64,000 nucleotides of DNA from Mobula hypostoma (Eukaryota), in assembly GCF_963921235.1 (NCBI RefSeq), contig NC_086108.1, forward strand, positions 24,862,001-24,926,000. The letters are read 5' to 3'. How positions within the stretch are numbered: the first letter of the stretch is position 1; every line of letters begins with the position of its first letter. The notes below the pieces were generated by a model. The model saw only the letters and a program-made list of their open reading frames with translations. It was not told where the DNA came from and made no database searches. Positions 13,871-25,509 of the stretch are shown here, piece after piece. The translations under genes were made by a program, and so were the position numbers.

Positions 13871-14949
13871 AAGGAAGTCTTCAATTTCTTCAAAATCAAT
13901 TCAGTTATTTCGAACAACACCCTCCCCTTTCTAGACCCTGCATGTTCATCTCAAGAGTAAACAATGCATTGACATTTATAAAACAAGTGCAGAGGACATC
14001 TCCTTTGTCAGACACCTGACCATCTTGAGTTTCCAGTTACGAGCCATTTCAGCTTCATTGACACAGACATTTAAAACATTTCTGCTTTTATTTCAGATTT
14101 GAAATTTGAGAAGGAGAAGCTAAAGTCAGATGTACCAGTATTACAGTGGAGTAAGGGAATTACAGAGACATGAGAGAGGAGTTGGTGAGAATTGTTTGGA
14201 AAAGAACACTGGCAGGGATAATGGCAGAGCAGAAATGGCTGGAATTTCTGGAAGCAATTCAGAAAGCACAGGATCTATACATCCCAAAAAGGAAGAAGTA
14301 TTCTAAAGGCAAAATGACACAACCATGGCTAACAATAAAAGTCAAAGCCAATATAAAAGCCAAAGAGAGGGCATATAATAAAGCAAAAATTAGTGGTCAG
14401 TTAGAGGATTGGGAAGCTTTTAAATACCAACAGAAGGCAACTAAAAAGTCATTAAGAAGGTAAAGATGGAATACAAAAGCAAGCTAGCCAATAATATTAA
14501 AGAGGATACCAAAAGTTTCTGCAGATACATGAAGTATAAAAGAGAGGCGAGAGTGGATATCGGACCACTGGAAAACAATGCTGGAGAGGTAGTAATAGGG
14601 AACAATGAAATAGCAGAGAAATTGATTAAGTATTTTTCATCAGTCTTCACTGTGGAAAACACCAGCAGTATGGTGGAAGTTCCAGGTGTCAGAGGGCATG
14701 AAGTGTGTGAAGTTACCATAACTAGAGAGAAAGTGCTTGGCAAAGTGAAAGGTCGAAAGGCAGATAAGTCACCTGGACCAGATGGTGTACAACCCAGAGT
14801 TCTGAAAAAGGTGGCTGAAAATATTGTGGAAGCATTAGTAATGATCTTTGACTGGAAAATTGCAACTGTCACTCCACTCTTCAAGAATGGAGAGAAGCAG
14901 AAGAAAGGAAATTGGTCAGTTAGTGCGACCACAACGTTGGAGATGTTGG

Positions 14950-15256
14950 TGTTGGCGCGTGGCCAAGTGGTTAAGGCATTGGTCTAGAGATCTGAAGGTC
15001 ACTAGTTTGAGCCTCAGCTGAGGCAGCATGTTGTGTCCGTGAGCAAGGCACTTAACCACACTTTGCTCTGCAACAACACCAGTGCTAAGCTGTATCGGCC
15101 CTAGCGCCCTTCCCTTGGACAACATTGGTGGCGTAGAGAGGGGAGACTTGCAGCATGGGCAACTGCCGGTCTTCCATACAACCTTGCCCAGGCCTGTGCC
15201 CTGGAAACCTTCCAAGGCAAAAATCCATGGTCTTACGAGACTAACGGACGCCTAAT
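14950..15256 (+). mobile_element. tRNA-derived SINE (~307 bp)
   Basis: A-box-like tggccaagtgg, B-box-like gtttgagcc, and CORE-like 'gtgtccgtgagcaaggcacttaacc'. 14-bp TSD gttggagatgttgg at 14936-14949 and 15257-15270. Confidence 0.85.
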
Positions 15257-15689
15257 GTTGGAGATGTTGGAGTCAATTATTAAAGATGAGGTCTCAGGGT
15301 ACTTAGAGGCACATGATAAAATAGGTCATAGTCCGTATGGTTTCCTCAAGGGAAAATATTACCTGACAAATTTGTTGGAATTCTTTGAAGAAGTAACAAG
15401 CAGGATAAACAAAGTGTACTTGGATTTTCAGAAGGCCTTTGACAAGGTGTTACACATGAGGCTGCTACAAGCCCATGATATTACAGGAAAGATTCTAACA
15501 TGAATAAAGCAGTGGCTGATTAGCAGAAGGCACAGAGTGGGAATAAAGGAGCCTTTTTTGTGAAAGGCCTTGATAGAATGGATGCGGAGAGAACATTTCC
15601 TATGGTGGAATAGTCCAAGACCAGAGGACGTAGAAGAGAAGAGAGAGAACTAGAATCAGAGAACTAGAATTAGAGAATCAGAGAAGAGA

Positions 15690-16165
15690 GGAACTCAGGT
15701 TGGAGGAACAACACCTTATATTCCGTCTGGGTAGCCTCCAACCTGATGGCATGAACATTGACTTCTCAAACTTCTCAAACTTCCGCTAATACCCCACCTC
15801 GTACCCCATCCGTTATTTATTTTTATACGCACATTCTTTCTCTCACTCTCCTTTTTCTCCCTCTGTCCCTCTGACTATACCCTCTGGGTTCCCCCCCCCG
15901 CGTCTTTCTCCCCGGACCTCCTGTCTCATGATCCTCTCATATCCCCTTTGCCAATCACCTGTCCAGCTCTTGGCTCCATCCCTCCCCCTCCTGTCTTCTC
16001 CTATCATTTCGGATCTCCTCCTCTCCCTCCCACTTTCAAATCTCTTACTAGCTCTTCCTTCAGTTAGTCCTGACGAAGGGTCTCGGCCTGAAACGTCGAC
16101 TGTACCTCTTCCTAGAGATGCTGCCTGGCCTGCTGCGTTCACCAGCAACTTTGATGTGTGTTGCG
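15690..16165 (+). mobile_element. 3' end of a Penelope-like element (GIY-YIG C-terminus plus terminal repeat)
   Basis: aggttggaggaacaacaccttatattccgtctgggtagcctccaacctgatggcatgaacattgacttc encodes RLEEQHLIFRLGSLQPDGMNIDF, a typical Penelope endonuclease C-terminus. A pyrimidine-rich UTR and a hammerhead motif follow. Confidence 0.85.
16066..16101 (+). ncRNA. Minimal type I hammerhead ribozyme motif in a Penelope-like element
   Basis: AGUC-CUGACGA-A-GGG(ucucgg)CCU-GAA-ACGU-C|GACU. Core CUGANGA and GAAA, stem I AGUC/GACU, short stem II, palindromic ACGU in place of stem III, predicted cleavage after GUC at 16097. Confidence 0.7.
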
Positions 16166-17551
16166 TGAGCAGAGAGGAGTTGTTTTTGAATGGAGATAAG
16201 GAGGAATTTTTTTAGCCAGAGAATGGTGAATTTGTGGAATTCTTTGCTGCAGGAAGCTGTGGAGGCCAAATCTTTATGTATATTTAAGGCAGAGGTTGAT
16301 AGATTATTGATTGATCAGGGCATGAAGGGGTACAGGGAGAAGAAGTTCTTTTTTTATTTTTGCGGAGCACTTTCTGTAACTTAGCCAGGTCTAAATAAAT
16401 GTAGTTAATGATTAAATTCACCATAATTTTCATGACACAAGCATTGCATTTAGCCGTTTGAGGAATAAAATAACAGAGGACATCCAGTATACCATGAGGA
16501 GAATTGTGTTGAATCTCTGTTGTTTTCTGATCCTTAGGTTTCTTCTGGGGGGGGGGGGGTGGGGGAGGTCAGGAATTGCAAGCAGTTTTAATTCTTAACA
16601 ATGGTTTATTATAAAGTTGAAACAAACATACAAATATTAAGCACACTAAGGGAAGCAGAACATGAAAAGCATAGAAGGCAAAGATAAAAAGATGACACCT
16701 CTTTAAAATTGAGATAAGAGAAAATTCCTTAGATAAAATAAACCAATTAACGGTTGCACAATTACATCATATGGTAATCTTCTAATACTTAGCCAATGAA
16801 AAATGGAAAGATATATATGTAACTGCTGTACCACCTTCTGCCAGTAAGTGGGGACGAAACACCACGTACTGTGAAAAATACTTAAGTTTGCTAAAACAAA
16901 TTACAAATTATGATTAAACTATGACTTTAGTCTTACATTAATTCATCTAATATCTTAAAATGTATTAAAAATAGTGGTTTTCAACAATAGCTTGCCATTC
17001 AACAGCGTTTCCCTAACTCCTGCTTCTTTTACCCTTAACTACACTTTTAAGTAGTTGCAGCATATTTTCAAACTCAGTGCCACAACCTCAATCTCACTTA
17101 TATAATTACAACTACTTATTGTACGACGTGTTTAGTTTGCAGGGTAAATTTTTCTGTGCTACATTATGTCCTTCATTTGTTACTGAACTTGTCGCAATGG
17201 TTGCAATATTCCGGCAAATGACAGGATGAACATGGATAGCTTTTACCGTGGGGTTAAACATGATTCAAATAACTATGTATAATGTCAAAAACATTGTACA
17301 AGCAGATCAAACTCACCTGCTCAGATTTTCTTTACTACAAGTTGTGTTTTCATTTCCAATATATTGTTTTCATCCTACAGGTATCAGCCATCATATGTTG
17401 TTAATTTTCTCTGGTAAGGTTGGGATGAAAGTTAAACAATTTGACCATTGCTTCAATTTACTGGGTCCTTTCTCCCTCCAGCTGATAATTACTAATAGAA
17501 TAGGGCAAAACCCAATGCCATTATGGTAAAGATGGGTACTTCCCCTTAAAA

Positions 17552-17620
17552 CAGAGGTTCCCACAGACCCCTTCGGTTTATGGTTAGGGTCCATGACATA
17601 ATAAAGGTTGCGAATCCTTC
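17552..17620 (-). mobile_element. Decayed hAT-type MITE, second copy of 27934-28014
   Basis: cagaggttccc...gacccc...ggtccatgacata...aggttgcgaatcc aligns by eye with the reverse complement of 27934-28014. Confidence 0.55.
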
Positions 17621-17789
17621 GGCAGAGCATCCAAGAGAAGTGTTCGGAAAGGAGAATAGGGTCCATTTCAATTTGATCTTATTTGATAGCATAATTCTTT
17701 CTCTAAACACTCATTCCCTCCCAAAAAATATTTGCAGTAGGTAAACAGCTTTCAAGTACACTGTGATTACCTGACCTGGCTAATCTGGC

Positions 17790-18060
17790 AGCACTGCGAA
17801 ATGTACAATCTTTACCACTGAGGACAACAAGGGAAACAGGCACGTGGGTACACTACAATCTGCAGTTTCCACCACAAGTCCTACACGATCCTGGTGGGGC
17901 AAGGTATTACTGGTCATTCCTCTGCACCAGGTCTACATCCTGGAACTGTTTCATCAATGTAACTTCTTTCATCAGTAAAGTGGCAAAGGCTGAAGCAGCA
18001 GTTTGTCCACCATTTCTTCACGGGCAATTAGGAATGGGCACTAAATGCCACATCTCAAAA
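17790..18060 (+). mobile_element. Old CR1-type 3' end
   Basis: 'caccatttcttcacgggcaattaggaatgggcactaaatg' resembles an ancient CR1 3' terminus. Confidence 0.45.
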
Positions 18061-18876
18061 AAAGGAATAAGTGAAAAAGATAAGAGCAATTTGACAACAG
18101 TAATAAAGGCATCATTTTATGAACTGATGTCAAAATCAGGACAAACAAGACATCCAGTTTGAATAAAGTAATATAATCAAACAATTATCGCAGCTACTGG
18201 AAATGACCACATAAAAACATCCAGTCAAGATGGTGCCAAGAAACAATGTCCGATGTCGTGGCTCAGACTTGGCTGTCTTTTTGGATTTGTAGGGATTTTT
18301 TTTAGGGAGTTAGGGGTCAGGTTATGGCTTTGGGAGAAAAACGAAGAGTCAGGGGCTGGAGACGGTGTTCAGAGTTCAAAGCAGAGAGCTCCATGTCAGT
18401 GAACCTAGAGGTCAGGTTAGCAGGTGCTGAGGAATCCAGTGATCCTCAGGTTGGTGAGTCCTGAGTCAGAGGACTATAAAGGACTCACAATAGCAGGTGA
18501 TATACTTCACCAAATTAGAGGTCTGTGTGAGTCCTGGGGTTCAGGTCTAAAGGTCAGACCTGTAATCCACGAGAGCTGGTGTCAAACGTGATCTGTGGCT
18601 TCTGGGATTGAGGCATGAAGCTCAAATACATGATCAGTAAGTCCCGACGTCAAGGTCCAAAGGTCAGACCTGTGATCAATGTGTCTATTAAAACTGGAGG
18701 CAGCCCAGAAACACTGCTTTTTGTGACAGACAAAGCAAAGGTTCTTAACAAAGAAGACCCCAATATTTATGGGGTCTCATCGCTGTAAAGGAGGCCGCAC
18801 CAGGATCACTGGGCACAGCAAAAAGCAGAATCATGAGCAATGAACTCAGTCTGAAATTCAATGAATAATGTGCTTC

Positions 18877-19019
18877 AACAACAGGAATTCTGCAGATGCT
18901 GGAAATTCAAGCAACATACATCAAAGTTGCTGGTGAACGCAGCAGGCCAAGCAGCATCTATAGGAAGAGGCGCAGTCGAAGTTTCAGGCCGAGACCCTTC
19001 GTCAGGACTAACTGAAGGG
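18877..19019 (-). mobile_element. Penelope-like terminal fragment
   Basis: Near-identical reverse complement of 16055-16165 (catcaaagttgctggtgaacgcagcaggcc...ggccgagacccttcgtcaggactaactgaagg). Confidence 0.8.
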
Positions 19020-19344
19020 CTATATCATATGATATTTCACATGCTAGTTTGGTTTTCTACCATTATGCATTTACTTCAAGGTCAGTGCAGTTTAAGCAAA
19101 GCCATGGAAGATTACCAAGAGGATTACCAGAAAAATAATAAATTTGAAAGATGAGTGAAAGTGGCCATAGGTATCATCTACAGAGATTTGAATGAAAGAA
19201 CAGACCCAGGAAACACCATATTAATGGAAGAATATTCAGGGAATGAACCTATTTATGTTTCCATGGACATTGTACAATCATAACTAGTTCAGTGGTCGAA
19301 GTTGTGAAGGCTTTCAAAATACCAAAGGTAATGGCATAGTTTTT

Positions 19345-20022
19345 AGATTATTAGAACACTCAGTCCTCATTTATTGTCATTTAGAAATGCATACATGCAT
19401 TAAGAAATGATACAATGTTTCTCCGGAGTGATATCACAGAAAACAGGACAAACCAAAGACAACTCTGACAGAACCACATAATTGTAACATATAGTTACAG
19501 CAGTGCAAAGCAATACCATAATTTGATGAAGAACAAACCATGGGCATGGTAAATAAAATCTCAAAAGTCCCCGAGTTGATCGACTCCCGAGTCCCCGATA
19601 GCGGCAGCAAAAGGGAGAAACTCCCTGCCATAAACCTCCAGGCACCATCAACTTGCCGATGCCTTGGAAGCAGCCGACCACAGCCGACGCTGAGTCCATC
19701 CGTCCGAAAGCTTCGAGCCTCCGACCAGCCCCTCCGATACAGCCTCCTGAGCACCATCCTCTGTCAAGCGCCTTTGACCTCGCCCCGGCCGCCGAAACAC
19801 ACAAAGCCGAGGATTTCGGGGCCTTCTGCTCCAGAGATTCCGGTTGCTACACAGTAGCAGCGGCTGCGAAGCGGGCATTTCAGAAGTTTTCCAGATGTTC
19901 TGCTGCACTCTCACGTCTGTCTCCATCAAATCAGGATTGTGCACGGTCCCTTACCTGACAGATAACAGATAACACCACTGAAGTGGCCACGCGTGCTGCC
20001 GTCGCGCCGCCATCTTCTCCTC
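19345..20022 (-). mobile_element. Young CpG-rich non-autonomous retroelement
   Basis: Minus-strand 5' end gaggagaagatggcggcgcg and 3' end aaatgacaataaa...taatct. Homologous to 29128-29634 in the opposite orientation. Confidence 0.75.
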
Positions 20023-20849
20023 AGATAGTTACACAATCAACAAGAAAATCAAAGGGAAAGTCAGCTAATAAGAATGTCAATGACACAGATTTAGATAATT
20101 TATGAATTGACTGCTACATAATTTAAAAACAAAGCAAGTACAACCCAGTGGTAGTAATGTCATCGTCCTTTGGTTGTTCGTTAGCAACCAAGGTTGCATG
20201 AAATGAAGAGAAAAGGAGGAATAAATATTGGAATGACAGTCACTCCAGGGGTAAATATCCTTAAGTTGATGGCAGAGAAATGAAGTTTCAATGTGAATGG
20301 TCAGAGATCAATTCTTATTTTATAGCCGAGTGATATAATTTGATCAGACAGTGGTCTCATTTCAAACTCACTGAGTTATAAGTTTCTATTTATTATGACA
20401 GATTCCTTCAATTACAGACACAGAGATAACTTTAGATGCTTCTTGAAATAGGCAGTGTAAACTAGTGAGATTTTTTTTAAATCACACACTTTCAACCTAG
20501 TGTTCCTCCATCACAAAGTTATTTATACACACACACAATTTTCAAACGACGACAAGCTTCTATGAATTTATCTAATAGCAATAATAGGTGTCATGTTCTG
20601 GGAGATTCTTTGGTGTTAAGCTGTAAGTACTACTATTGAGATGAGACAGAGCAACTGAACAAAAGAACAACATACATTAAAAGTGGGTATTTTCAAACTA
20701 ATCAGCAATATCTTACAATAGTTTATCAAAGTCAATATCCATATGGTACATTACAATCACACATAAACAACTCAGGCAAACAATATTAGTAACAGGAAGG
20801 ATGGATCTCAAAGAACATAATAAAACAAGTATGCTAAGAGCCCGCTTAC

Positions 20850-20924
20850 CTGAATATTCTATCTGAAGGCTGTTCACCCATCACTAGATCAAAACCACGT
20901 TGGAACATGGTGTATGGCCAGGGG
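20850..20924 (-). CDS. ASTN1: Internal coding exon (75 bp, phase 2/2) of astrotactin-1
   Basis: Minus strand reads ttttttctttgcag|C CCC TGG CCA TAC ACC ATG TTC CAA CGT GGT TTT GAT CTA GTG ATG GGT GAA CAG CCT TCA GAT AGA ATA TTC AG|gtaagc. This gives [24 protein letters not shown](R), close to the remembered human ASTN1 segment [26 protein letters not shown] and less like ASTN2 (PWPYTTLERGYDLVTGEQAPEKILR). Canonical polypyrimidine-AG acceptor and GTAAG donor. Confidence 0.93.
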
Positions 20925-23420
20925 CTGCAAAGAAAAAAAATAAAACTTATCAATTCTCAGGTTTGTTTTAAATATTAACAAGAGATCATAATAAGCCATA
21001 CACATTAAAGACAATAATTTAACATTGAGTATCTTAGTGGAGAAGAGGGGAAAATACATCCAGATGAATTACATTAATATTTTCAGGTTCCAAGGTCATT
21101 CCATTCAGAGTTATTTTCAGCAGCAGATCACATTTTCCTCAAGAATGATGAAAATAAAAATATTACCAGTGATGTGTATTATTGAATCCATACAGTATAC
21201 TGAACTTATACTCAATTTTCTAAACTCATAACCTTAGCATTTTGGAACCAATTTGCTTGAAGATAATGCATTAAAATTATTGTACTTCATTATTTTTCCA
21301 TTATAACAGCACTGTCGATCAACCAAATGTTATTTGAAAGTTCTATACAATATATTGGGTTGCAAGATTCACAAAGGGAACAGACAGATTTCCTCCTGTA
21401 ACGGGGTCTCCAACTGGCATTGTTGGTTTCAGTCCGGTGTTTCTCAGTTTCTCATTGATGTGCTGCAGTTATCAGCTTGTAGGACAGGTGTGACCTTCGC
21501 AGACAGCTCTTGAAAGGATGTACCACTATACAGGCAACACTACAGCTTGGTATAGCAACTGTTCTGCCCATGACCACAAAAAACTGCAGAGAGCTGTGGA
21601 AATAACTCTGCACATCACATAAACTGGCCTCCCCTCTATGGACTCTGTCTATACTTCTTGCTGTCAAAGAAAATTAGCCAGCATAATCAAAGACCCCACC
21701 CCTCAGGACCTTCTGTCCAACCAGCAGGCTCAAGGGCAAATTTTACCCCAATGTGATAAGACTATTAAATAGTTCCCCGATAGTTGGATTCTTCACCTCC
21801 CAACTTAGCTCATCATAATCTTTCACCTTATTGTTTACCTGGATAATGATCTGAACTGTATGAAGAGTATGTAAGATGTTTCTCACTACATCTAGGTATA
21901 TAATACAATAATAACCCAATTCCAATTCCTTCAAGATACCAAGGGAAAATATGCTTCAATATTGGGAGGGATGTCTTCCAAAATGTCAGTGGACCAGGCT
22001 AAGGAGAAACAGATGACACAGCAGACTAATTCTTTTGCATGGAGCTGTTGAGGTCATCCAGTGTTAACTCCTGGCAAGTGGTTGCCAAGAGCATCTTTGT
22101 GAGATCGACAATTGACACACTTATGAGTCATTGACAAAGCAGGCAAGTGCTCATACTTCCTCTGCTTGCCCCTGTGATCTGGGTTATTTATAGATGAGAG
22201 CTTTGGATCCCTCTCAATTACAGCACATGAAGAGATGTTGCAGAGATCTGAGGAAACAGCTGAGATAGTTCCTGAGACCAGGAAGCTAAGAGTGATCATG
22301 ATCCATACAAAAAAATAGGCGTCAATTCTCATGATATTTTATGAGATTGCGGGAAGGGTGAGATCACAGAGAAGATAGGCAATGTGGGTTGGCACATCAA
22401 ACAGCACTGCCTCAGAGGGAATGGTTCCAATGGAAAGCACTCAATCCGTGAGATTGAAGTGCTCACTTAAAACAAATTTAGCATGGTGTATTACCAATGA
22501 TACCTTTTGGGTGAGTTTTGTGCCAGAAAAATGAAAATCCCGTTGAAAGATGAGACAGACTTCCTGACTGGCAACAAGGCACTTAGAAATGTGCACAAAA
22601 TTGTTCTGCTCCACTTCAACCCAATTTTCAATGGTACAAAACTTTTTTTGCAGTTATTTGATTGAATTTCCAGCCCTATAAATGTTACATACCCATAACA
22701 TCAATGAGGTTTCTCCCTATTTCTCTCCTACCCAACATCTTTCAACAACTGTGGTGCAATATTCATAATTTACCACCAACATTATTTTAGAGTGAACTCT
22801 CAGTCATAGGTCACAGAAAAAGCCAATGCCATTAACTGCATTTTAATAACAAAATTAGAGAAATCAGTTCAGGCAGTTCAGGTCTTTGATTTGATTTCAA
22901 TGTTTCCTTTGTTAGTGATCCTTATAAAGCTTATAAATAATATATTAACTCCACAAAACAGGATAAACTGGGTAAAAGGGGGAAAAACATCAAAGATGGA
23001 CAATAGATTTATATTTTAAACATTTCTGACTGCTGAAAACTAGGTAACTGATACACTTGATAAAAGCTTGTCACAATTAAATCAAGCTTCATCATTGTAC
23101 ATACTGTTTGGCACACAGTGAGCTTGAGTCCTTTTGTGTATAACCTATGCAAATTCTCATCTATAATACATGTGCACTGCTGTAATGTAAAATGCTTTGT
23201 CTTTTAGATGAGTCGTTAATTCAATTCTCCCTCTGGTTCAGATGTATCTTAAACACTCCATGAATATTCCATGAACATAAATACTCTTAGCCAACATGTT
23301 TCACTCAACTGCAATAAGTAGATGGAAAGATCAACATTTAAACCACTGTCACCATGTGATGTTCAAAATACTAGAAAGCAGATTTGCGACTCATGCCCAA
23401 AGACAAGTGATAGCTTATTC

Positions 23421-23555
23421 AAACACAAGAAAGTCTGCAGATGCTGGAAATCCAAGCAACACACACAAAACACTGGAGGAACTCAGTAGGTCAGGCAGCA
23501 TCTGTGGAAAAGAATAAACAGTCGACACTTTGAGCCAAGAGCCTCCTTCAGGATC
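23421..23555 (-). mobile_element. Penelope-like terminal fragment
   Basis: aaacacaagaaagtctgcagatgctgg...ggaggaactcagtaggtcaggcagcatc...cagtcgacactttgagcc. Confidence 0.7.
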
Positions 23556-23589
23556 TGTTTCTGGCATTCGGCTTGGCATATAACTATCA

Positions 23590-25360
23590 ACTGAAAAGAG
23601 ATCAGATGGAAGGTTGGATGGAGCACTGGCAGACGGAAGTTAATCCTGACAAGCGCAAGGTGGCCACTTCCCCATGTCAAATTGAAGTAGGATATATACA
23701 GTAAATGGTAGTGTGCAATGGAATGTGGAAAATCAGATGGACACAAGGATCTGTACATTTCCAAAAAGCACTCAACATGGGTAAAACAGGTGAAGGCAGC
23801 ATCTGGTAGCTTGCCTTCAAAGGTCAGGGTGAAGAATATAAAAGTTTGAATGCATGCTGCAACATTTACTGATTAGATCGGAATCAGAATATTATGTGCA
23901 GTTTTGTGGGATGGATCCAGTTGTGCCAGACAGAGAGAGAGAGCAGAAAAGATTAATGAGTGGGTTGGATTGCAGAGCTTTGCATATAGGGAGAGGGAAG
24001 AAAGGCTTGGCTTGTTATCCTTGGAGTGAAGGAGGTTGAGGGATGAATAGATAGAGATACATAAAATAACAAGAGGAGATAGAGAGCCTAATGATGTGGT
24101 GTCATGACAACAACTTTTCCCTCAACGTCAAAAAAACAAATGAGTCTGGTCATTGACTTTGGGGGAGGGGGTGCATTGCATGTGCACGTGTTTACATCAA
24201 CAGGGTTGAGAGCCTCAAATTCCAAGGGGTGAACATCTATAGCCTGTACTGGTCTAACCATAACATATATCATCACTGCCAAGAAAGCTCATCGTGTCTA
24301 CAACCTCAGGAGGCCAAAAAAGTTGAGGATGTTCCCATCAGCCATTACTAATCTTCTATCTTGATTCATAATGGCTTGGTATTGCAGCTGTTCTACCCAT
24401 GACAACACGAAGCTGCAGAGAGTTGTGAACAAATCATGGAAACCAGCCATGGACTCTAAACTTCACGCAGCATCAGTAAAGCAGCCAGCATCTTCAAAGA
24501 CCCCACTCATCCCATACATTCCCTCTTCTCCCTATCCCATACAAAAGCCTGAAAGCACGTACCATCAGCCTCAAGGACAGCTTCGATCCCATTGGTATCA
24601 GAGTCTTGAACTGACCTCTTGTACAAGATGTTTTGACCTCACAATCTACCTGATTATGACCTTGCACTTTCTCTGTATTTTTTATACTCTATTCTGCATT
24701 GTTACAGCTTGACAAGTTCTATCTCAATGCAGTGCACTGCATAATGATGTAATCTGTATGAACACCATGAAAGACAAGCTTTTCACAGTATCTTGGTATA
24801 CAAGACAATAATAAACCAATATCAAAGTTTAAGTAAAATTTATTATCAAACTATACACATGTCACCCCATACAACCCTGAGATTCTTTGTCTTGTGGTCA
24901 TACTCAGCAAATCTAGAGAACAGTAACTGGAATCTGGATCAATGAACAATAGACTGTGCAAATGCAAATATAAATAAATAGCAATAAATAATGAGATAAA
25001 GAGTCCTTAAAGTGAGATCATTGGCTGTGAGGACACCAGAAATAGAATTAGTGTAGTTATCCCCTGGTGGTTGAGGAGTAGTAACTGTTCTTGAACCTGC
25101 TGGTGCAAATCCTGATGCACTTGTACCTTCTACTTGATGGCAGCAGCAAAAAAAGAGAATGGCCTTGGTGGGGAGGAACTTTGAAGATAGATGCTGTTTT
25201 TCTATGACAACATTGTTCAGTGGTTGGGAGGGCTTTACCCATGATGTACTGGGCCATATCCATTGCCTTTTATAAGATTTTCTGCTCAAAGGCTTTGGTG
25301 TTTCCATACCAGGCCGTAATGTAGCCAGTCAATACACTTTCCACCACATATTTATAGAAG
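23590..25360. mobile_element. Cluster of decayed LINE fragments: CR1 (+, ~23590-24085), Rex-like (+, ~24090-24820) and Rex-like (-, ~24825-25360)
   Basis: CR1 motif EYYVQF..; Rex motifs MAWYCSCSTHDNTKLQRVV and CTSRFKNSYY. The two Rex 3' tails meet tail to tail near 24820. Confidence 0.65.
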
Positions 25361-25509
25361 TTCAATGATCAATATGACCATGCGACTCTTCTTCAAATAG
25401 CTTATAATTCCCATTGTAGAAGTATTATATTGCAAGTTCTCAGCCATTACCTGTTACTGGTATGTCTAGTATTCAAAATCAAGCAAACAAGACTTTACAT
25501 TCTTTCAAA

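Larger units (their letters stand above)
14100..16345 (+). mobile_element. Fragmented CR1 LINE with nested SINE and Penelope insertions
   Basis: ORF2 peptides KSPGPDGVQPRVLK, WKIATVTPLFK, TNLLEFFEEVT..VYLDFQKAFDKV and FFSQRMVNLWNSL; internal deletion near 15560. Confidence 0.9.

Noticed and set aside
14950..15025. tRNA gene
   Set aside because: It is the tRNA-like head of a SINE with body, tail and TSD; I could not build a convincing cloverleaf.
16547..16566. Poly-G run / possible G-quadruplex; also (ttta)n at ~32641-32680
   Set aside because: Simple low-complexity tracts with no other support.
19400..19958. Cluster of 100-134 aa ORFs on both strands (also 29130-29492 and 25787-26281)
   Set aside because: Stop-poor GC-rich repeat or LTR sequence with no recognisable protein motifs.
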